DNA from: an uncultured Alphaproteobacteria bacterium | GTDB taxonomy: Bacteria > Pseudomonadota > Alphaproteobacteria > Rs-D84 | NCBI GenBank assembly: GCA_947054455.1 | Contig: CAMRWN010000004.1 | Span: 11,867-75,866 of the forward strand | DNA: 64,000 nt | Reading direction: 5' to 3' | Shown: positions 26,734-35,053 of the stretch, piece by piece | Layout: each line of letters begins with the position of its first letter | How positions within the stretch are numbered: the first letter of the stretch is position 1 | The notes under the pieces: model-generated | What the model saw: the letters and a program-made list of their open reading frames with translations, nothing else | Databases searched by the model: none | What the model was told of the DNA's origin: nothing | Position numbers and translations under genes: made by a program

Positions 26734-27723
26734 ATCATCTGATGACGAAGGCGGCGGCGTAGGAGTTGTGCCTTCCTGCTGAAAATTATTGATTGTCAAA
26801 TTAATAAGTATCAATATCTGATTTACCTCGCTCTGGCTGACGTTTCCGTCTTTGCACAATTGCAATAGGCGCTGAATATGCACACGTGCATCCGCAGGCG
26901 TTTTTTCATTCGCCAACAGTCCGTTCAGCATAGCAATCATTTCCGGCGTACAGGTAAACGGTGCATTGCCTCCCTGGTCATCCGACGGCACCGCTATGCA
27001 AACACCACGGCCACCTTGGATTTCAAATTTCAGTCCGCCCGCGCAAACGCACGAATCGGATTTTGCGTCATATGTTGCAACCTCGCTGCTCAGATCACAA
27101 CAGGCCTTGCCGTTTGTTGTGGTGCGCAATTCCTTGCAAGTTTTTTTGACAGGTGCCGGTTCATCCTTCTTTTCGTCTTCTTTTTCTTTCACGGCGATGC
27201 TATGACAGCGCATTTGCAGTGTTTGGTTCACATATTCGCATTTTGCATTGAAAGCGGTTCCGTTTCTGTCGGTGTTTATATCAAACTGCAGACATTCGCT
27301 GGCGGTTAAAGCAGCCGGTTTGCCGTCTGCCCCCATATACCACTGATTTTCCTGGATATATGTTCCGCGGTACTGGCATGCGATAGACTGCTTTATCCAT
27401 CTGTCCGGCCCAACTGTAGAGCAGCGATATTGCACGGCGTATGGTATTACTTTTTCCTCAAAAACATGGTTTGGGCCCATTGTAATGACGTGATTGTTTT
27501 TGCAATGTTTGTTATCGCATTCAAAAACATTCCCGTTGACCGTACCGCCGTCTTTGCGGTTTTTTATTGAATTATAAGCTGTCAGCGTATCGTACAGGAA
27601 TTCATCATCTGACGCAGCCTGGTTGCCGTCAAAACTGACATGTGATTCTCCGCACATGGTTTCTGCCCCCCATGCGCCAGCCAGTGTCAGGAATAACGCG
27701 GGAACAATTAACAATTTATTCAT
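26419..27723 (-). CDS. Secreted cysteine-rich protein with the shared C-terminal anchor module (gene A)
   Basis: I place the start at MNKLLIVPALFLTLAGAWG (RBS GGAGAGG); an alternative ATG lies at 27735. The ~330-aa Cys-rich ectodomain is followed by a Pro/Ser linker and then a C-terminal 105 aa identical to those of gene B. Confidence 0.75.
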   Translation of the reverse strand: MNKLLIVPALFLTLAGAWGAETMCGESHVSFDGNQAASDDEFLYDTLTAYNSIKNRKDGGTVNGNVFECDNKHCKNNHVITMGPNHVFEEKVIPYAVQYRCSTVGPDRWIKQSIACQYRGTYIQENQWYMGADGKPAALTASECLQFDINTDRNGTAFNAKCEYVNQTLQMRCHSIAVKEKEDEKKDEPAPVKKTCKELRTTTNGKACCDLSSEVATYDAKSDSCVCAGGLKFEIQGGRGVCIAVPSDDQGGNAPFTCTPEMIAMLNGLLANEKTPADARVHIQRLLQLCKDGNVSQSEVNQILILINLTINNFQQEGTTPTPPPSSSDDASGSKVSAGARRQIASRISNSYSELEKLSNGFKVSKWKNEDGKFNGARLVSDSVAGVVLGTAGGLITSSVIKKNQVEDGFEDINCVVGGQVVAGWKDQFNVGVQ

Positions 27724-27740
27724 GGGCCTCTCCATATATA

Positions 27741-27764
27741 TAATCCAAACGTTGGTTTGGATTA
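27741..27764. promoter_or_regulatory. Perfect palindromic site TAATCCAAAC-GTTG-GTTTGGATTA
   Basis: 10-bp perfect arms and a 4-bp core. It lies 17 nt upstream of the gene A start codon on the minus strand. Confidence 0.85.
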
Positions 27765-27782
27765 GGCAATTAATGCCATTTA

Positions 27783-27811
27783 ATTATATGTGATTTTATC
27801 ATATTTTTCAG
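27783..27811 (-). promoter_or_regulatory. Candidate sigma70 promoter facing gene A
   Basis: The minus strand reads CTGAAA-N17-TATAAT. The -35 lies inside the conserved AATTCCTGAAAA box. The best match facing gene B is much weaker (TTTAAT-N17-TATTTT). Confidence 0.4.
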
Positions 27812-27839
27812 GAATTTAAAACACCAAAATCATGTCTGT

Positions 27840-27860
27840 TCCAAACCAACGTTTGGATTA
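27840..27860. promoter_or_regulatory. Partner palindromic site TCCAAAC-CAAC-GTTTGGATTA
   Basis: It is a 21-nt exact reverse complement of 27744-27764. The core CAAC is the reverse complement of GTTG. It lies 19 nt upstream of the gene B ATG. Confidence 0.75.
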
Positions 27861-27879
27861 GGCAAATACGGGAGGCAAA

Positions 27880-28677
27880 ATGAAAAAATTAATACACGCT
27901 ATAACCGCAATCGTTTTTGCTGCGTCCGCAGCCCATGCGGATACAAGCTGCTTTAAAAAAAGTCAATCCAACAGCCGTGATTTTGATTATCACGTCTTGT
28001 TCCTGCATGACAAAGATGAAATAGAAGACTGGCAGTGCCTGACTTCATTAAAAGCCGAATTGAACAGAATCGAGGTCGGAAACTGTCAGCTTATCCTGCT
28101 TATCGGCAGTGCGGATACCAAAGGCAGTCAAAGTTATAACACGGACTTGGCCAAACGCCGCGTTCAATATGTTGCCGGCTTATTCAATGAACCCCTGCAA
28201 CCAAAACTGCTGTTGTATACCGGCGGCGATTCGAATGCATATAACTATACCCCCGACGAGACATCATATCCAGACGAACGTGCCGTCCGTATAATGGTTA
28301 AAACATCCAATGTATGCAATATTGAACCAGAACAAGAAGACAACCAGGAGCCTGAAAATAAAGCTTCTGGCAGTAAAGTATCCGCTGGCGCTCGTCGTCA
28401 AATAGCGAGTCGTATATCGAATTCGTATTCCGAGCTGGAGAAGCTGTCAAACGGCTTCAAGGTATCTAAATGGAAGAACGAAGACGGCAAGTTCAACGGT
28501 GCGCGTCTGGTATCGGACAGTGTTGCCGGTGTTGTTCTGGGAACAGCGGGTGGTCTGATAACCAGCAGCGTGATAAAAAAGAACCAGGTCGAAGACGGTT
28601 TTGAGGATATTAATTGCGTCGTAGGCGGCCAGGTGGTCGCAGGCTGGAAAGACCAGTTCAATGTAGGGGTGCAGTAA
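27880..28677 (+). CDS. Secreted OmpA_C-like (peptidoglycan-binding) protein with the shared C-terminal anchor module (gene B)
   Basis: Signal peptide MKKLIHAITAIVFAASAAHA. OmpA-C-like block LIGSADTKGSQSYNTDLAKRRVQYVAGLF...ERAVRIMV. The C-terminal 105 aa are identical to those of gene A. Confidence 0.75.
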   Translation: MKKLIHAITAIVFAASAAHADTSCFKKSQSNSRDFDYHVLFLHDKDEIEDWQCLTSLKAELNRIEVGNCQLILLIGSADTKGSQSYNTDLAKRRVQYVAGLFNEPLQPKLLLYTGGDSNAYNYTPDETSYPDERAVRIMVKTSNVCNIEPEQEDNQEPENKASGSKVSAGARRQIASRISNSYSELEKLSNGFKVSKWKNEDGKFNGARLVSDSVAGVVLGTAGGLITSSVIKKNQVEDGFEDINCVVGGQVVAGWKDQFNVGVQ

Positions 28678-28690
28678 AGAAAAAACATCC
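28363..28690. repeat. Right copy of the perfect 328-bp inverted repeat
   Basis: It is the exact reverse complement of 26406-26733. The repeat ends where the two different terminator hairpins begin. Confidence 0.95.
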
Positions 28691-28712
28691 GCATTTGCGG
28701 ATGTTTTTATTT
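28680..28712. terminator. Bidirectional terminator
   Basis: CATCCGC-ATTT-GCGGATG, with an A-run before and a T-run after. Confidence 0.65.
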
Positions 28713-28722
28713 GGATTGTGTA

Positions 28723-29214
28723 TTATTTTTGCTTGCTGGCTTCAAGATACTTTTCAATCAGTGCCTTGCGCATATTAATCTGACGCTCCAAATCGCGGCG
28801 TGATGCGTGGTTCAGATGCTTTTCATAATCATCATTGATATGGGGCATGACATATGCCTCTGTCGGGAACAGCATTAAAACTGGCTTGTCGTTTTCCTTG
28901 TCTTTGTATATTACAACGGTGCGGGCCAGTTTTTCAGTCATGTACGGTGCCAGTGCGCTGTATTGCACAACCATGTTATAAGCACATGGGTTCGGGAATT
29001 CATGGCAGCTCATCCAGCCTGAATTTTTGTTTTCGTCCGATTCTTTTTTATTCTTGGCGATAACCGGCATTGGCATCATCTTGCATCCACCAAACAGGGA
29101 CAAATCGCACAGCAGATTATCCAGTTTTAAAATATATGTGTCTTTCTTTTTATGTGTCGGCCCCATTACGCGCTGGGCGGCCTTTTTAAATTGCATATTT
29201 TCTTTCTTGGACAT
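28723..29214 (-). CDS. Hypothetical protein
   Basis: I place the start at MSKKENMQF, which has a good RBS (AAGGAGCGAATAATG). It looks AT-rich by eye and has no motif I recognise. Confidence 0.55.
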   Translation of the reverse strand: MSKKENMQFKKAAQRVMGPTHKKKDTYILKLDNLLCDLSLFGGCKMMPMPVIAKNKKESDENKNSGWMSCHEFPNPCAYNMVVQYSALAPYMTEKLARTVVIYKDKENDKPVLMLFPTEAYVMPHINDDYEKHLNHASRRDLERQINMRKALIEKYLEASKQK

Positions 29215-29265
29215 TATTCGCTCCTTAAAATTCTTAATCATATTATGGTACAAAATATAAATAAG

Positions 29266-29517
29266 TCAAGCCTTATTAAGAGTGTGCGCGGTTATTACAG
29301 TATTGGATGAGGCATTAATCGTGATAATGCAGTGTTTTGTTTTTACGTAAAAATTTTTACCACGTCTGGAAATTTCCGAATTTTGCAGTTGTTTTCGGCA
29401 AAATTCTATCACATCGGTTGCGTCGGTTAAATTCAAATTCCGCCGAAGCCGCATTTCACCCATGGGTGTTGTATGCAGTTTTTCGGACGGAACAGTATTT
29501 TCAGCCGTATCGCACAT
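29266..29517 (-). CDS. Small protein, DUF3781-like
   Basis: GKNFYVKTKHCIITINASSNTVITAH resembles the DUF3781 signature as I recall it. Its ATG overlaps the parE TAA (TAATG). Confidence 0.5.
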   Translation of the reverse strand: MCDTAENTVPSEKLHTTPMGEMRLRRNLNLTDATDVIEFCRKQLQNSEISRRGKNFYVKTKHCIITINASSNTVITAHTLNKA

Positions 29518-31496
29518 TATACAAACAAATCTTTCACAAACTGGGCATGTTCGGTGATAAAGCGGAATCGAAACTCTGGCTTTTTTCCCATCAGTTCGGA
29601 AACGATTGTGCGTGTTTTTTCCGTATCTTCGGCGCCTTCGTCGGTGCGCGGGGGCAGTTCGACGCGTATCAGCCGCCGTGTCTTTGGGGACATGGTTGTT
29701 TCCTTTAGCTGGTTCGGCATCATTTCACCCAATCCCTTGAATCGAGATATTTCGACCTTTTTATTTTTGTATTTGCCGGCCTTCAGGGATTCCAGTTCTT
29801 CGTCGGTGTCGACATAAATCGATTCGGTTCCGCATGTCAGCTTGTAGAGTGGGGGACATGACAAATACAGATGGCCGCCGTAAATCAGCTGTGGCATGTG
29901 ATGATAAAAGAATGCCATCAGCAGCGATGCAATATGGCTGCCGTCGACGTCGGCATCGGTCATGACGATGATTTTTTCATAGCGCAGCTTGTCCTCGTTC
30001 CAGTCCCGGGCGGTTCCGGCGCCGATGATGTCTATCAGTTCGTTAAGCTCCTTGTTGGCGCCAAATCTTTCGTCGGAATTAGATATCACGTTCAAAACCT
30101 TGCCGCGCAGGGGCATTATTGCCTGGGTCGCGCGGTCGCGCGCCTGTTTGGCGGTACCGCCGGCCGATTCACCCTCGACTATGAACAATTCGGTGCCTTC
30201 TATTCCGTGCTTTGAGCAATCGGCCAGTTTCGCCGGCATGCGAATTCGTTTGGTCGGGGTTTTGCGTGCGACGTCTTTTACCTGTTTTGTTTTGATGCGC
30301 GCGTTCGCCAGGTTTATTACAAATTCCAGCAATGCGTTCGCCGTCTTTGGGTCGGATGCCAGAAATATCTCCCACGGGTCGCGCAGCGCGTTTTCGGTAT
30401 AGCGGGCAACCTCTGGATTGGATAATTTTTCCTTGGTCTGGCCCAGAAACTGCGGCGTTTTATAGAACACCGAGACAATCGATGCGACCGAATCAAACAC
30501 GTCGTCGCCGATGATTGACGCAGCGGCCTTGTTTCCAACCTTGTCGCCGTATGCCTTGATGCCCTTGGTTATTGCAGACTTGAACCCGGTTTCATGTGTT
30601 CCGCCGTCCGTTGTTGCGATGGTGTTGCAGTATGAAGAAAAGAATCCGTCGTCCGATGCGGCGCCGTTTTCGTCCGTCAGGAACGTCAGCGCCCATTCAA
30701 CGCGGCCGCTGTCGTCTGGGAAATCGACCGACCCGCTGAAGATGCGGGGCAGGATTCGCGGCTTGTCATTGGTTTTTTCCGCCAGAAAGTCCGCCACGCC
30801 GTTGGGATAGAAAAATGTTGTTTCCGCCGGTATTTTCATATCTTCGGTCAGCAGGGCCGGATTGCAGTGCCATTCGATTTTTACGCCGCGCGACAAAAAC
30901 GCCTTGGCACGGGCCATGCGATAGATTTTTACCGGTTTGAACAGCGCGGCCTCGCCGAATATCTGGTCGTCGATTGTGAATCTGATTTTTGTCCCGTGAT
31001 TGCGTGTTGCGTCGCCGCGGGTCATGGCGCTGGTCGGTTTGCCGCGTGAAAAGGTTTGGCGCCATTCGTATCCGTCGCGGGATATGATGACAATCATTTC
31101 CGCACTCAGCGCGTTTACAACCGCACTGCCTACGCCGTGCAGGCCGCCGCTGGTCTTGTATACGTTATTGTTGAACTTGCCGCCCGAATGCAGGGTGGTC
31201 AATATCACCTCCAGCGCGGATTTGCCGGGGTATTTTGGATGCTCGTCCACGGGGATGCCGCGGCCGTCGTCCGTTATCTCTATTGTTTTTCCGTCAATCA
31301 GGTTAACCGTTATTTTCTTGGCGAAACCGGCCACCGCCTCGTCTATGGAATTGTCCATGATTTCCACCGGCAGGTGGTGCCACGCCTTTTCATCGGTGCC
31401 GCCGATGTACATTCCCGGCCGCAGGCGGACGGGTTCCAATCCTTCTAGTACCTGGATGTCGGAAGCGTCATAAGTATGTGTATTTTTTTCTGTCAT
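29517..31496 (-). CDS. parE: DNA topoisomerase IV subunit B
   Basis: GHKL ATPase plus TOPRIM (IQVLEGLEPVRLRPGMYIGGT, ELFIVEGESAGG, IMTDADVDGSHI). The ~660-aa length without the GyrB insertion favours ParE. I place the start at MTEKNTH. Confidence 0.85.
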   Translation of the reverse strand: MTEKNTHTYDASDIQVLEGLEPVRLRPGMYIGGTDEKAWHHLPVEIMDNSIDEAVAGFAKKITVNLIDGKTIEITDDGRGIPVDEHPKYPGKSALEVILTTLHSGGKFNNNVYKTSGGLHGVGSAVVNALSAEMIVIISRDGYEWRQTFSRGKPTSAMTRGDATRNHGTKIRFTIDDQIFGEAALFKPVKIYRMARAKAFLSRGVKIEWHCNPALLTEDMKIPAETTFFYPNGVADFLAEKTNDKPRILPRIFSGSVDFPDDSGRVEWALTFLTDENGAASDDGFFSSYCNTIATTDGGTHETGFKSAITKGIKAYGDKVGNKAAASIIGDDVFDSVASIVSVFYKTPQFLGQTKEKLSNPEVARYTENALRDPWEIFLASDPKTANALLEFVINLANARIKTKQVKDVARKTPTKRIRMPAKLADCSKHGIEGTELFIVEGESAGGTAKQARDRATQAIMPLRGKVLNVISNSDERFGANKELNELIDIIGAGTARDWNEDKLRYEKIIVMTDADVDGSHIASLLMAFFYHHMPQLIYGGHLYLSCPPLYKLTCGTESIYVDTDEELESLKAGKYKNKKVEISRFKGLGEMMPNQLKETTMSPKTRRLIRVELPPRTDEGAEDTEKTRTIVSELMGKKPEFRFRFITEHAQFVKDLFV

Positions 31497-31687
31497 AGCG
31501 GTACTATTAATATAATAAAATTTGATTTTTCGCAAGTGAAAGAATTCATGGAAACGACGCCGGGCGCCAACTTTGACGGTTTGTTTTCCCAGAAACGTGT
31601 TTTATGCTTTTGAAGGGTGTTATTGCACTTGATTTTTTGTATAATGTGCCTATATATTCGACATAGATAAATTACGGACGTAAAAAA

Positions 31688-32824
31688 ATGAATAAAAATC
31701 CTTATGAAGTTTTGGGCGTCGCGCGCGATGCGTCGGACGCGGATATTAAAAAGGCATATCACAAGCTGGTCATGAAATACCACCCGGACAAGAATCCGGG
31801 GGACAAGTCTGCCGAAGACAAGTTCAAAGAGGTCAACAATGCGTTTGATATTCTAAAGGATCCTCAAAAACGTGCGGCGTACGATCGTTTCGGCGATGCT
31901 GCCTTTGCGGGCGGAAACGGCGCGTCGGCGGGTGCCGGATTTGGCGGCGCCAATCCGTTCGGCGGCGGTTTTCGTTTTGATATGGGCGGCGGCGCGGGTA
32001 TGGACGACATCCTGCGCGAGGCGATGCGCGGTTTCGGTTTCGGCGGATTTGGCGGTGCGGGCGCGACGCAGGGCGGGGCGCAAAACGCTGCCGGGCGCGA
32101 CCTGCTCGACGAGGTTGTGATAGACCTGAAGGATGCATATTTCGGCAAAACTCACACAGTAAAATTTTCCAGCAATGTCGCCTGTGAAAAGTGCAACGGA
32201 TTCGGCACGGCCGATGGAAAGCCGGCGCCTGCATGCACGCGTTGCGGTGGCAGCGGGTACGTCCATGCGCGCCAGGGATTTTTCGCCATGGAAACGCCGT
32301 GTCCGGAATGCGGCGGACTGGGGCGCAAGATTGATAAAAAATGCACCACTTGCGAGGGGACCGGTACAACAAACAAGGCGCGCACCATAGAGGTGAAAAT
32401 ACCCGCCGGGGTCGATGACGGAACGCGCCTGCGTCTGGCGGGCCAGGGCGAGGCGGGTGCGAACGGCGCGCCGGCGGGCGATTTTTATCTGGATGTGCGT
32501 GTGCGTCCGGACAAGCGTTTTGAACGGCGCGGCGCCGATTTGATATCCAGGGTCAATGTCCCGTTTGCGACGCTGGCGCTGGGCGGCGAGATAGACGTGC
32601 AGACAATCGACGACAAGACGTTGTCGGTAAAGGTGCCGGCCGGAACCCAGGTTGGTGAAAAACTGCGCGTGCGCGGACACGGAATGCCGGCCAGACGTGC
32701 GGGCAGTTTTGGTGATTTGTATATAGAGGTCGGAATCGAAATCCCGACAAAATTGTCCGAGAAGCAAAAGAAGATTCTGACCGAATTCGCCCAGTCCAAG
32801 CCGGAGAAAAAAGGCTGGTTCTAA
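31688..32824 (+). CDS. dnaJ: Molecular chaperone DnaJ
   Basis: J domain ([16 protein letters not shown]), G/F region and four CxxCxG zinc motifs. Confidence 0.95.
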   Translation: MNKNPYEVLGVARDASDADIKKAYHKLVMKYHPDKNPGDKSAEDKFKEVNNAFDILKDPQKRAAYDRFGDAAFAGGNGASAGAGFGGANPFGGGFRFDMGGGAGMDDILREAMRGFGFGGFGGAGATQGGAQNAAGRDLLDEVVIDLKDAYFGKTHTVKFSSNVACEKCNGFGTADGKPAPACTRCGGSGYVHARQGFFAMETPCPECGGLGRKIDKKCTTCEGTGTTNKARTIEVKIPAGVDDGTRLRLAGQGEAGANGAPAGDFYLDVRVRPDKRFERRGADLISRVNVPFATLALGGEIDVQTIDDKTLSVKVPAGTQVGEKLRVRGHGMPARRAGSFGDLYIEVGIEIPTKLSEKQKKILTEFAQSKPEKKGWF

Positions 32825-32846
32825 GACCGCTTGGCGAATGATGTAA

Positions 32847-32892
32847 AAAACGCGCTATGTGCAGGAAACGGTGCATATAGCGCGTTTTTTTT
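32847..32892 (+). terminator. Terminator after dnaJ
   Basis: Long hairpin ACGCGCTATGTGCA...TGCATATAGCGCGT (one mismatch) plus a T8 run. Confidence 0.6.
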
Positions 32893-32900
32893 GTTATAAT

Positions 32901-32927
32901 AAAAATCCGCCCGTGGGCGGATTTTGT
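32901..32927. terminator. Second, bidirectional hairpin (serves pgsA)
   Basis: ATCCGCCC-GT-GGGCGGAT, flanked by A-runs and T-runs. Confidence 0.6.
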
Positions 32928-32940
32928 TTCATCGGTTTTA

Positions 32941-33540
32941 TTATTTTAATTTCTTTATTTTTTGCGCGAATGTAAAGGTGTACTGGGTCGCGCTCCACAG
33001 TGATGCGGCCAGCGACAGCCACAATCCGAAGATGCCGATTTGGGACAGCAGGTTCATCGCCATCAGATACGTGCGGGAAATGGTGTCGGGGGTGATTCTA
33101 AAGCTCATTGCGAACAGTGCCAGAAACGCGCTTATCGCAATCATTTGAAACGTGGTTTTAATCTTGCCCATTGAAAAGCGCGCCTTGGGTACGGGCATTT
33201 CAATTTTCTGGGTCCCCAGGAATTCGCGCAGGCCGCTGATGTAGAGTTCGCGCGCAACCATGATTATAACCGGAACGACAACAAACCAAACCGGCATCAT
33301 GATTGTCAGCATAATCAGCGTGTTCACCACCAGCAGCTTGTCCCCGGTGTGGTCCAGCACGCCGCCGATTTTTGATGTCGCGTTGTATTTGCGCGCCAGA
33401 AATCCGTCGAACCAGTCCGATACCGCGCCCAGCACAAACAGCACGAACGCCGCGATGTACCATTGAAACATCAGGGCCGGAATTATCGCGAACGCCGCCG
33501 CGATGCGGAACGCCGACAGGAAATTAACAAAAAATTTCAT
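32941..33540 (-). CDS. pgsA: CDP-diacylglycerol--glycerol-3-phosphate 3-phosphatidyltransferase
   Basis: CDP-alcohol phosphatidyltransferase motif (DWFDGFLARKYNATSKIGGVLDHTGDKL). Confidence 0.85.
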   Translation of the reverse strand: MKFFVNFLSAFRIAAAFAIIPALMFQWYIAAFVLFVLGAVSDWFDGFLARKYNATSKIGGVLDHTGDKLLVVNTLIMLTIMMPVWFVVVPVIIMVARELYISGLREFLGTQKIEMPVPKARFSMGKIKTTFQMIAISAFLALFAMSFRITPDTISRTYLMAMNLLSQIGIFGLWLSLAASLWSATQYTFTFAQKIKKLK

Positions 33541-33578
33541 ATTTTTCTCCTTTGTATAATTATATATGAATGATTTTA

Positions 33579-35003
33579 TTATACCACTTTCGAATGGAAA
33601 TATGCATATATTTTTTCGGCCGCGCTTTTCCCCAGACCCGGCACGCGCAGCAGGCTTTTCAAATCCGCGTCCATGATTGCGCGCGCAGAACCGTAATGCT
33701 GCAACAGGGCGCGTTTACGTGCGGGGCCGATGCCGTCGATTTCATCCAGGACTGATGCGGTCATCTGCTTTGCGCGAACGGCCCTGTGGTACGTTATGAC
33801 GAAACGGTGCGCTTCGTCCCTGACGGCGCGCAGCATCAGAAACAGCGGCGAATCCTTTGGCAGGTCGCGACACACCGTGCCGTCGGGCAGGATAAAGTGT
33901 TCGTCGCCGTCGCGAACCTCGCCCTTGACCACGCCCAGCACCGGTATGTCCGGCGCCACACTGTGCGCGATGTTCCATTGCGCGGGGCCGCCGTCGACAA
34001 TCAACAGATCCAGTCGCGGCCCGCGGGCCGTGGCGCGGGAAACAAACTCCGCCATCATGGCGATATCGTTTCCGGCGCGCGCCGCGTCGCGCAGTTTGAA
34101 GTGCCGGTATCCGGACTTGTCAAATCCGTTCCGGCCGAATGTAATCATCGCGCCGACAGGGTTTTTACCGAACAGATGCGAATTGTCGAACACGCCCGCC
34201 AGATTTATTTCCATCCCCAGCCATTTTTCCAAATCAGACACATTTTTCGGCCAGTCTAAAATCGCGCTATGTGCATCTGGGCGCCGTATACCGCGATTTG
34301 ACGTGTGTGTCAGCGCGGCGATTTTATCGCGCATCGCGGCCGCGTTTTCAAAGTCCAGCGCGTCCGAATATTTCTGCATCTGGGCCGACAGGTCGGCGAT
34401 AATCGGTTCGCTGTCGCCGGTCAGTATTCGACGCGCCAGCGACACCCGTGCGCCATAGTCCGATTGTGGCATTGTGCACGGCGCGCTGCACCGGCCGATT
34501 TGGTGCAGCAGGCATGGCCGCGCACGGTTGCGCATGAATGTGTCTGTGCATGTGCGCAGCTGGCATACCTTTTGTATTGTCTTTATCGTTTCGTTCAGTG
34601 CGGCAACGGACGGATACGGGCCGAATACGTCGCGCCGCTGGGATATACGGCCGCGGAATTTCAACAGTCGCGGAAATTCAGACGATGTCAGCGCCAGCAT
34701 CGGATACATCTTGCCGTCGGTCAGCATGATGTTGTATTTAGGTTTTAGCGTCTTGATAAGTTCCTGTTCGCGCAGCAGGGCGTCCTCTTCTGTGGGGACG
34801 GTTTCCCATTCCACGCGTGCGACCATTGTGCGCATCACCTGCTTGTGCGGTTCCAGTTTCGATATGTCCAGATACTGTTTTAGCCGGTTTGAAAGGTTCT
34901 TGGCCTTGCCAACGTACAGCAGCGCACCGTCCGCGTCGTACATTTTATAGACGCCGGGCGCACGGGGACAGTTTTCAATCAAATCAGAAAATTGAATATT
35001 CAT
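33579..35003 (-). CDS. uvrC: Excinuclease ABC subunit C (compact form, ~474 aa)
   Basis: GIY-YIG (GVYKMYDADGALLYVGKAKNL), a Cys cluster, a UVR domain (FENAAAMRDKIAAL) and C-terminal (HhH)2. I place the start at MNIQFSD. Confidence 0.85.
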   Translation of the reverse strand: MNIQFSDLIENCPRAPGVYKMYDADGALLYVGKAKNLSNRLKQYLDISKLEPHKQVMRTMVARVEWETVPTEEDALLREQELIKTLKPKYNIMLTDGKMYPMLALTSSEFPRLLKFRGRISQRRDVFGPYPSVAALNETIKTIQKVCQLRTCTDTFMRNRARPCLLHQIGRCSAPCTMPQSDYGARVSLARRILTGDSEPIIADLSAQMQKYSDALDFENAAAMRDKIAALTHTSNRGIRRPDAHSAILDWPKNVSDLEKWLGMEINLAGVFDNSHLFGKNPVGAMITFGRNGFDKSGYRHFKLRDAARAGNDIAMMAEFVSRATARGPRLDLLIVDGGPAQWNIAHSVAPDIPVLGVVKGEVRDGDEHFILPDGTVCRDLPKDSPLFLMLRAVRDEAHRFVITYHRAVRAKQMTASVLDEIDGIGPARKRALLQHYGSARAIMDADLKSLLRVPGLGKSAAEKIYAYFHSKVV

Positions 35004-35053
35004 GCCGAATATGATAGAATAAGAAAAAACAAATAGCAAATAGGGGAAATACT

